This document shows positions 1 to 6,349 of a stretch of DNA of 64,000 nt, piece after piece. The translations under genes were made by a program, and so were the position numbers. Each line of letters begins with the position of its first letter. Position 1 is the stretch's first letter. The stretch covers positions 6,554-70,553 of the forward strand of contig JADDPT010000016.1 of the NCBI GenBank assembly GCA_016781735.1, read 5' to 3'. The DNA comes from Rubrobacter sp. (GTDB lineage Bacteria > Chloroflexota > Chloroflexia > Thermobaculales > Thermobaculaceae). The notes beneath the pieces are model-generated. The model was not told the DNA's origin, searched no databases, and was given only the letters and a program-made list of their open reading frames with translations.

Positions 1-169
1 ATTGCGCCAGAACTTCCTGTCACCCATTTGGGCCTCCGTAATGCTTGGGAAAAAGCCTGCTCACCAGGCGCTTAGGACGGAGTTGCACCGTCAATCGATT
101 ATACCCACCCCCTGTAGGGTAGTCAATTAAGTTCAGAGGTATCGGGGCAAGCGTCCACTGAGCAGCGAA

Positions 170-1582
170 TCACTCCCGCCACGCACGCAGACAGATGAAC
201 AAAGTATCAGATGGCTTGAGCCGCCAGCGATGATCCAGCCGGTGCCCAAGGACGCACACCACCGCGCTACCCTGCCGTACGAGTGGCACTCTGGACCGCA
301 ATTGGCGGGGCACCTTGGCGTTCACCAGGAAGTCGCCCAGCCGCTTCTCGCTGGACATCCCCAGGGGCTGAAACTTCTCGTGCAGGGCCGCAGAATCCAG
401 ACGTAACGGTCCGTCAGCGCGTCGCAAATGCTCGTGCAGCCCTGGCCTGATGGCTTCGTCACAACCTCCGGCGCCTATCTCCCGCGCCTCCCACCGCCAC
501 GCATCCGCGAGCCCACACTCCGGCTGGTCGGAATTCCTTAGCAGCGGGAGTGGATATGCCAATTGCTCGGGTAGGACACCTCGCCAAAGCAACAGTCCGT
601 CAGCCGTGGTAACGACGCGCATGGCGTGCGGCAGCTGGGTCTCGCGGCCCGCGCGCGCGTTGGCGAGCATCTCCATCAGAAAAGCTAGATGCTTGCGGGT
701 GATTCCTTCGGTAGAGCCGGCGACATGCCGTATCGCCAGCCGCAACGCGCGAACCCGAATCGCCACGGGTTCCTCCAGCAGCTGTGCGGGGCTCAGCAGC
801 ACTGCGCCGACCAGCTGTTGTGCCGCCGCGGCGTATGCCCGTGCCGCAACCTGGTCCAGCGCGGCCTCATCTGCTCTCAGGGTCGCAGCGGTCGCGGCTA
901 TGTGGGCTACTGCCTGCGAGTTGACTTCCAGGAGGACGGGAAGTACCCGGTGTCGCACCAGGTTGCGCCGGTATCCATCCGTTTCGTTGCTGGGGTCCTC
1001 CACTACTGGCAGGCCATTGCGGAGGCAGTAGGCTCGAATCTCGTCCGCGGGCACGTCTAGCAGCGGTCGCACAAGCGTAACATCCGCCGCTCCCGGCAAC
1101 GGAGCAACGCCGCGCATCCCCGCCAGGCCACTAATGCCGCTGCCTCGAGCCAGGTTCAGCAACACTGTTTCGGACTGGTCGTCCTCGTTGTGACCAACTG
1201 CCACCACAGCCTGCAGCGAGCGGGCGTATTCTGCGAAAAACGCGTACCGGCATTCCCGTGCAGCGGCCTCTACGGAGAGCCCATCCTTCCGGATCCGTGC
1301 CGGGACATCTGTGTGAGCTAGCTCTATTCCCAATCCGAGCAGGGCTACGTTTCGTGCGACGGCTCGCGCGTCAGCAGCGCTCTCGGGCCTCAGCCCGTGG
1401 TCGAGGTGGGCCGGAAATAGGGTCAACCGCAACTCGGCGCACAGGGTTGAGAGGACGCGCAGCAGGGCGGTAGAATCAGCACCGCCACTTACCCCGACGA
1501 CGACGGCGCGCCCTTTCAGGGCGGCAAATTGGGGCGCGGCGCGGAGCCTGAGCATGCTTACAAGGGGGTCGGTCGGGGGCAA
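170..1582 (-). CDS. tilS: tRNA(Ile)-lysidine synthase TilS
   Basis: 470-aa ORF with the N-terminal PP-loop ATP-pyrophosphatase motif VVGVSGGADSTALL, an HNEDDQSETVLLNL segment and a long C-terminal domain, as in TilS. Start is uncertain (TTG 1582 or ATG 1555). Confidence 0.9.
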   Translation of the reverse strand: MPPTDPLVSMLRLRAAPQFAALKGRAVVVGVSGGADSTALLRVLSTLCAELRLTLFPAHLDHGLRPESAADARAVARNVALLGLGIELAHTDVPARIRKDGLSVEAAARECRYAFFAEYARSLQAVVAVGHNEDDQSETVLLNLARGSGISGLAGMRGVAPLPGAADVTLVRPLLDVPADEIRAYCLRNGLPVVEDPSNETDGYRRNLVRHRVLPVLLEVNSQAVAHIAATAATLRADEAALDQVAARAYAAAAQQLVGAVLLSPAQLLEEPVAIRVRALRLAIRHVAGSTEGITRKHLAFLMEMLANARAGRETQLPHAMRVVTTADGLLLWRGVLPEQLAYPLPLLRNSDQPECGLADAWRWEAREIGAGGCDEAIRPGLHEHLRRADGPLRLDSAALHEKFQPLGMSSEKRLGDFLVNAKVPRQLRSRVPLVRQGSAVVCVLGHRLDHRWRLKPSDTLFICLRAWRE

Positions 1583-1613
1583 CGTACAATCCTCGAAAAG
1601 GAGAGAGGGGAAC

Positions 1614-1688
1614 TGGTGGCGAGGGTGAGGATCGAACTCACGACCAAGGGCTTATGAATCCCCTGCTCTACCGCTGAGCTACCTCGCC
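1614..1688 (-). tRNA. tRNA with CAU anticodon (elongator Met or tRNA-Ile2, the TilS substrate)
   Basis: Reverse complement reads GGCGAGG-TA-GCTC..GAGC-A-GGGGA-TTCATAA-GCCCT-TGGTC-GTGAG-TTCGATC-CTCAC-CCTCGCC-A-CCA. This gives a 7-bp acceptor stem, a T-loop, anticodon CAT and an encoded CCA. Confidence 0.9.
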
Positions 1689-1699
1689 TCCAGGACCGA

Positions 1700-1729
1700 A
1701 TTATACCGCCGGAGGCGGAATCCAGTCAA
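1700..1729 (-). promoter_or_regulatory. sigma70-type promoter for the tRNA(CAU) unit (and probably tilS)
   Basis: The minus strand reads TTGACT-18 nt-TATAAT, ending about 12 nt upstream of the tRNA 5' end. Confidence 0.6.
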
Positions 1730-1757
1730 CAAAAAGGGCCCCTCGAAAGAGGAGCCC
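1730..1757 (-). terminator. Rho-independent terminator after initiator tRNA
   Basis: The minus strand reads GGGCTCCTC-TTTC-GAGGGGCCC (9-bp stem including one G.U pair), followed by TTTTTG. Confidence 0.65.
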
Positions 1758-1762
1758 AGGGT

Positions 1763-1837
1763 TGGTAGCGGGAGTGGGATTCGAACCCACGACCTTCGGG
1801 TTATGAGCCCGACGAGCTGCCTCTGCTCCATCCCGCG
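1763..1837 (-). tRNA. initiator tRNA-fMet (CAU)
   Basis: Reverse complement reads CGCGGGATGGAGCAGAGGCAGCTCGTCGGGCTCATAACCCGAAGGTCGTGGGTTCGAATCCCACTCCCGCTACCA. It has three consecutive G:C pairs closing the anticodon stem, an unpaired 1:72 position and close resemblance to E. coli tRNA-fMet as I recall it. Confidence 0.9.
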
Positions 1838-1857
1838 ATGTCAACCGACCTGCCCTG

Positions 1858-1886
1858 ATTATACGGCAGCCCCCAGCGGGTGTCAA
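1858..1886 (-). promoter_or_regulatory. sigma70-type promoter for initiator tRNA
   Basis: The minus strand reads TTGACA-17 nt-TATAAT, a perfect consensus, ending about 20 nt upstream of the tRNA 5' end. Confidence 0.7.
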
Positions 1887-1916
1887 GGCGAGCACTCATC
1901 GTCCCGGAGTCGGGGC

Positions 1917-1945
1917 TTGGAAGGGACTGTGGAGGCTTGTATAAT
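1917..1945 (+). promoter_or_regulatory. sigma70-type promoter for the small ORF and recombinase-like gene
   Basis: The plus strand reads TTGGAA-17 nt-TATAAT, divergent from the tRNA promoter. Confidence 0.55.
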
Positions 1946-1995
1946 ACGGGCAGGCCAAACGCCCTTTTACGCAGACCCTAGGAGGGACGCAACAC

Positions 1996-2148
1996 GTGAG
2001 AATTGTCGAACGAATACTGGCTATCATCGGCGCGCTTACCGTCGCCGGTATCCTGGCCCTTGCCGGGCTCATCCTGTACTGGGAGATCGGCCTTAGGCGG
2101 AGCGAGGCACAGTTTGAGGAGGAGACTGTGGAGGTGCCCGTCTCCTAG
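1996..2148 (+). CDS. small single-pass membrane protein (50 aa, below the ORF-track cutoff)
   Basis: GTG start 8 nt after the AGGAGGG Shine-Dalgarno. Translation is VRIVERILAIIGALTVAGILALAGLILYWEIGLRRSEAQFEEETVEVPVS, one hydrophobic helix followed by an acidic tail. Stop is TAG at 2146-2148. Confidence 0.5.
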   Translation: MRIVERILAIIGALTVAGILALAGLILYWEIGLRRSEAQFEEETVEVPVS

Positions 2149-2179
2149 CCCTTCGCTCCATAGCAGGTGAGGTGTCCGC

Positions 2180-3133
2180 GTGCGCAACGATCGAGATCAA
2201 GGGGCAGTGCAGCTCACGCTCTTCGATCAGCCTGTAAGGACCGACAAGAGCGCCACGCTGGCCACCCCTGAGCGGCTCACGCCGGAGAGCGACCTCGCCT
2301 CCGGCCGCTGGTGGTACAGGCTGTACCTGGAGAGGCACGGGCACCCACCCAACACTGTTTCCGCCTATATACACGACCTGGTCGTACTCGAGTCCCAGGT
2401 GAGACACAAACCGCTGCGGCACATATCGGCCTCAGACATCTCGGCATACCTCGACTCGGCCCGCCGCAAGAGCACCCGCAAGCGTCGCCTCACCTCGGCC
2501 CGTGAGTTCTACGCGTACCTCATCCGGGAGGAGAAGCTGCTGACTTCGGACCCCACCGAGCAGTTCTTCCCGGAGCGCATCCACCTCAAGACACCCATAC
2601 CACTCTTCGACTCGGATAAAAACAAGCTGATGCTTGCCGCCGAGGGGGACGGTCCACGGTCGCTTCTGATGGTGTACCTAATGCTGAATATGGGCATCAA
2701 CCGTACTGAGCTACTCGCGTTGCGCAAAGAACACTTCGATCTCTCCGTACCCGAGTCGCCCGTCGTCTACGTCCATTATGACGACCCCCGCTGGCGGCAC
2801 AAGGACAGGCGGCTCCAGGGGGACAGTCAGCTCACGGCCGCCTACACCGAATATGCCGCCACGCTTCCGGACGACCGGCTGTTTCCGATCCTGCCTCAAG
2901 CGGTAAATGCGCTCGTCCATCGACTTGCGCGGAACGCCGGACTCGACCGTTCGGTGACACCGCAGACTCTACGCGACACCTTCGGTGTGGATCAGGCGCG
3001 TTCCGGCAAGTCGGAGGACGAGCTGCTGGCGGTACTAGGACTCGCGGCGGACCCGCGGAACCGCGACAGCGTGCGCCGCTACATCAAGCTTGCGCAACCG
3101 CCCGTGGATGTAGTGGAGAGCACGGCCAGTTGA
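2180..3133 (+). CDS. tyrosine recombinase/integrase family protein with an atypical active site
   Basis: N-terminal SAM-like core-binding pattern (TVSAYIHDLVVL..., REFYAYLIREEKLL). The C-terminal catalytic domain has GINRTELLAL (Arg), HKDRRL (Lys), TPQTLRDTF in place of HxLRH, VLGL in place of LGH, and RRYIKL (Tyr). Confidence 0.7.
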   Translation: MRNDRDQGAVQLTLFDQPVRTDKSATLATPERLTPESDLASGRWWYRLYLERHGHPPNTVSAYIHDLVVLESQVRHKPLRHISASDISAYLDSARRKSTRKRRLTSAREFYAYLIREEKLLTSDPTEQFFPERIHLKTPIPLFDSDKNKLMLAAEGDGPRSLLMVYLMLNMGINRTELLALRKEHFDLSVPESPVVYVHYDDPRWRHKDRRLQGDSQLTAAYTEYAATLPDDRLFPILPQAVNALVHRLARNAGLDRSVTPQTLRDTFGVDQARSGKSEDELLAVLGLAADPRNRDSVRRYIKLAQPPVDVVESTAS

Positions 3134-3141
3134 AGCAGGCA

Positions 3142-3876
3142 TCACGCGCGAGCGAACACAATCGCGGAGACCTTGTCGACGCCCGCGGCAGTAAGCACCT
3201 TTGCGCACTCCTCGATCGTCGCCCCCGTCGTGCACACGTCGTCAACAAGCACCACAACACGGGCCGGCTCCAGTTGCCGTTTTAGCTCAAAGGCGTCACG
3301 AACGTTCAACCACCTACCGGCCGCATCTCGATGCGCCTGAGGCGAGGTGCGCCGGACCCGCGTCAAAGTTGAAGACACAGGTAGCCCGGTGCGCTTGCCG
3401 AGCGCGTGTGCCAGCAGCTGCGACTGGTTGTACCCCCGCTCCCTCTCGCGAGCACGGTGCAGGGGTACCGGAACCAGCACCGCCTCGGGAGGAAGCCAGG
3501 AGACGGGCATCAGATCGACCATCCACTCGGCCGTCGCGTGGATCCCGTTGTACTTGAACCTGTGTATCAGCGGCCGCACCGGTCCTCCGTACCTGTACGC
3601 CGCGTGGAGCTCGTGGAGATGGCGGATGTACTGCTCGCAGGTGACGCACCTGGCCCGCTGAAGGGTTGCGCCACACCGTCGGCAGCATCCATCGCCATGG
3701 GCAACACATTGCTTCAGGCATGTCTCGCACAACCAGTCTCCACGGTGACGACACGCTGCGCATCGCCGCGGATAGAGCATGTCCCAGAGAGGCGAGAGAT
3801 AACGGTTCACGGGTTGAAATGCCATCCTTCCGGGGGCGACGAGGGTGCCAAGCACCTGGTGGACGTTCGTGCGCAC
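3142..3876 (-). CDS. comFC: ComF family phosphoribosyltransferase (ComFC)
   Basis: N-terminal Cys-rich zinc-finger-like motifs (CAACRHRGDWLCETC, CCRRCG), a RFKYNG segment and the PRTase motif VVLVDDVCTTGATI. Confidence 0.85.
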   Translation of the reverse strand: MRTNVHQVLGTLVAPGRMAFQPVNRYLSPLWDMLYPRRCAACRHRGDWLCETCLKQCVAHGDGCCRRCGATLQRARCVTCEQYIRHLHELHAAYRYGGPVRPLIHRFKYNGIHATAEWMVDLMPVSWLPPEAVLVPVPLHRARERERGYNQSQLLAHALGKRTGLPVSSTLTRVRRTSPQAHRDAAGRWLNVRDAFELKRQLEPARVVVLVDDVCTTGATIEECAKVLTAAGVDKVSAIVFARA

Positions 3877-4037
3877 TGTACCAGAGTCACAAGCCTACGC
3901 TCGGCACCGATGAGTCACTCCGCCACCTCGGACCGGGCCTCTTTCATAGTCTCGTCCCGAAGATGAGTGGGGCGCGGTCGGCACCGAAGCGGCTACGTGT
4001 GAAGACATGACGTCATGCAAATTCGCAGAGCGTTTGG

Positions 4038-4376
4038 CTAGGTCTGGGCGTCTTTGGCTGCCTTGCGACGTGCCTGCTCGGCGCGTATTGCCTTCTTTTG
4101 AAGCTCGATCTTCGTGTCGCCTGCGGGAATGTACACCATTCCCGGTGCCACATCGTCCTCTCTGTATCGCATGAAGCACCTGGTGCAGACGAAGTACTGC
4201 CTGCTTAAGTCGTCCCGAGACCCGATCCAGGCGAGGATAGCCTCATCTCTAGAACACCTGATTGGGCGTGGCTCCTGAAGTCCCCTCCTTCGCGCATCCT
4301 CGACAATGGCTGCAAAGCTGTCGAAGTGTTGCGCTCCATCCGATACGAGGTCCTCGTTCTTACTCGTGTCGTCCAT
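4038..4376 (-). CDS. hypothetical protein
   Basis: ORF with a probable ATG start at 4376 (MDDTSKNEDLV...). It has one CxxC (FVCTRCF) and a basic C-terminal tail. No family was recognised. Confidence 0.4.
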   Translation of the reverse strand: MDDTSKNEDLVSDGAQHFDSFAAIVEDARRRGLQEPRPIRCSRDEAILAWIGSRDDLSRQYFVCTRCFMRYREDDVAPGMVYIPAGDTKIELQKKAIRAEQARRKAAKDAQT

Positions 4377-4523
4377 GTCTTGCCCTTTCGTGCGTGTGAT
4401 GAGAGTCTCGCAACAGCTCTGCCCAGCGGGAGGGGTCGCGTACGATCCATTCCTGCGGTCGGGCATGCAGTTTGCCTACGGAACCGCGCACGCAGCTTAT
4501 CCGCTGCCGCCGGCGGCCGGCTT

Positions 4524-4982
4524 CTAGACGTCATGGACCGGCTCGAAGTCGTAGGGTGCGGCGATCTCCGCCATGTCCTGAGGCGAAGGCGGATGACCCT
4601 CTCCCATCCGTCTCGCTACCTCCTTCACGTACTGCTCCAGCCCGCTGGGGTGGTAGATGTTCAGGAAGCGGGTTGGTTCCGCTCCAGGGTTGGAGAAGGT
4701 GTGTACGATACCGGGCGGCACCATCGCAAAGGCGCCTGGCCGGAGTGCATGCGTCTCTCCTTCGGTCTCAAGCGTCAGCGTGCCATCGAGCACGTAGAAG
4801 ATGTCGTACATATGGGCATGCCGGTGCCGTACCGGCCCCGGAAATCCGGGTGGTACCGTCGACTCCGTGAACGCAATCGGAGCACCAGGAGACTGTGCAA
4901 GAATCCGCGTCGGGCCGACTGCCTCACGCTCGCCGGGCCCGAAAACGACAACGTTCCTCTGCTCATCAGTATCCGCCGACAC
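4524..4982 (-). CDS. cupin domain protein
   Basis: Two-motif cupin signature (PVRHRHAHMYDIFYVLDGTLTLE...PPGIVHTF). GTG start preceded by AAGGAGGG. Confidence 0.75.
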   Translation of the reverse strand: MSADTDEQRNVVVFGPGEREAVGPTRILAQSPGAPIAFTESTVPPGFPGPVRHRHAHMYDIFYVLDGTLTLETEGETHALRPGAFAMVPPGIVHTFSNPGAEPTRFLNIYHPSGLEQYVKEVARRMGEGHPPSPQDMAEIAAPYDFEPVHDV

Positions 4983-5199
4983 CTGAGACCCTCCTTGTAT
5001 CCGTTATGAAATTCGCCGCTTGACCTATAACTTCCTGAGCAGACACTTCGTCGCTCCGGCGCAGCCTGCGTGTTGCCTCTCCTGTGCGCACTTACCATGC
5101 CTGCGTGATCTGCCGCCTCTGAACACCAGCCCGCTCGCATATCGGTGCCCTGCGTCACACCCTCTGGCGATGAATGGGGCTGCATGGCCCGAGTTAGGC

Positions 5200-6054
5200 C
5201 TACCTCTTCGGCAACCGTGTGGGACGTTCCGGTTGCCGTTCTCGCGGACCGTACGGCAGTGGTATGTACTCCACCGATGGGCGCTGCTGCCCGGTTTGTG
5301 GATAGAACTGCATCAAATCAAAGACCACCTTCGGCATCCCTGTTGAGACCGGCAGGCCTAGTTCCCGCGCCTCGCTCACCGTGATTGGGTAGTCGTGGGT
5401 CCAGGTTCCTCCGGCAAGCGTGCGGGCGAGGCGCGCGGCCTGTTCCTCTGACAGCCGCTCCCTCAGAAGGTCGCACACGGTGTTTTCCACCTGCCGCATC
5501 GCCTTCTCCGCCACATCCGCCAATATCATCGTCTGGTCCTCGATCTCCGCGGCCGGCTTGCGCTCGAGCACCCTGAGAACAGAGGCTGCCGGATACTGCC
5601 CCAACTGCGGGTCCACGGGACCCAGCACCGCGTGTGGAGCCATCACGATCTCGTCGGCGGCGAGCGCGATGAGCGTGCCGCCGCTCATGGCATAGTGTGG
5701 TACGAACACTGGGACTTTGGCCGGGTGGTCTTTCAGTGCCTGGGCTATCTGACCGGCGGCGAGGACCAACCCACCCGGGGTGTGCAGGACCACGTCCACC
5801 GGCACCGTTGGATCCGTAAGTTAGATTGCCCGCAGTACCGCCTCCGAGTCCTGGATGTCGATGTAGCGGGCGACGGGAAAGCCCAGCAGCCGCATCGTCT
5901 CCTGCCGGTGGATAAGACCTATGACGCGGCTCTGTCTCTTCTCCTCCAACTGACGGAAGGACCGTAGTCGCTGCGCCTCCAGCCAGCGTTGACGAACCAC
6001 CGGCTGCAGCGAGCTAATTATGAAGAACGCCCAGAGCAGGTCCAACGGCGACAT
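5200..6054 (-). pseudogene. SDH-family ClpP-fold serine protease (PF01972-like) interrupted by an in-frame TAA
   Basis: The two track ORFs (5821..6054 and 5200..5805) are in the same frame. Together they read ...DSEAVLRAI*LTDPTVPVDVVLHTPGGLVLAAGQIA...HYAMSGGTLIALAADEIVM. The single TAA lies at 5821-5823, inside a conserved block. Confidence 0.75.
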
Positions 6055-6349
6055 TTGTCTGCCTCCCTTTTCCGCTGTGCTGTCCCTCGATTTCCTTCTG
6101 TAACCGTGACCCAGTGCCGGACTCAGCGGCGATCCTGTCGTGTGCGACCCGTCTTCACGGCTTCAGGTGCGGCTCGATCCGCCGCCACTTCCAGTGGTGC
6201 GAATCCGCTGCAAGAGTAGCACCACAGCATCACGCCCGAAAGAGTGCTACCCTTAGCTGCCCGCGCTTCGGGTGCCACTATCCTATCCTGCCAGAGAGGT
6301 ATATAATCTCCGCACCGATCACCGGCGGTGTCGAAGGAAGGAGAAAGTA

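Noticed and set aside
1701-2096. ORFs 1701..1895(-) and 1803..2096(+)
   Set aside because: They overlap the initiator tRNA, its promoter and its terminator. The real small ORF in this spacer is 1996..2148, in another frame.
1614-6054. A tRNA-adjacent integrase marking a genomic island
   Set aside because: The recombinase-like gene is on the 5' side of the tRNAs rather than the 3' side. I found no direct repeat of a tRNA 3' end downstream. The following genes (comFC, cupin, protease, EF-G paralogue) have native-looking GC and no mobile-element functions.
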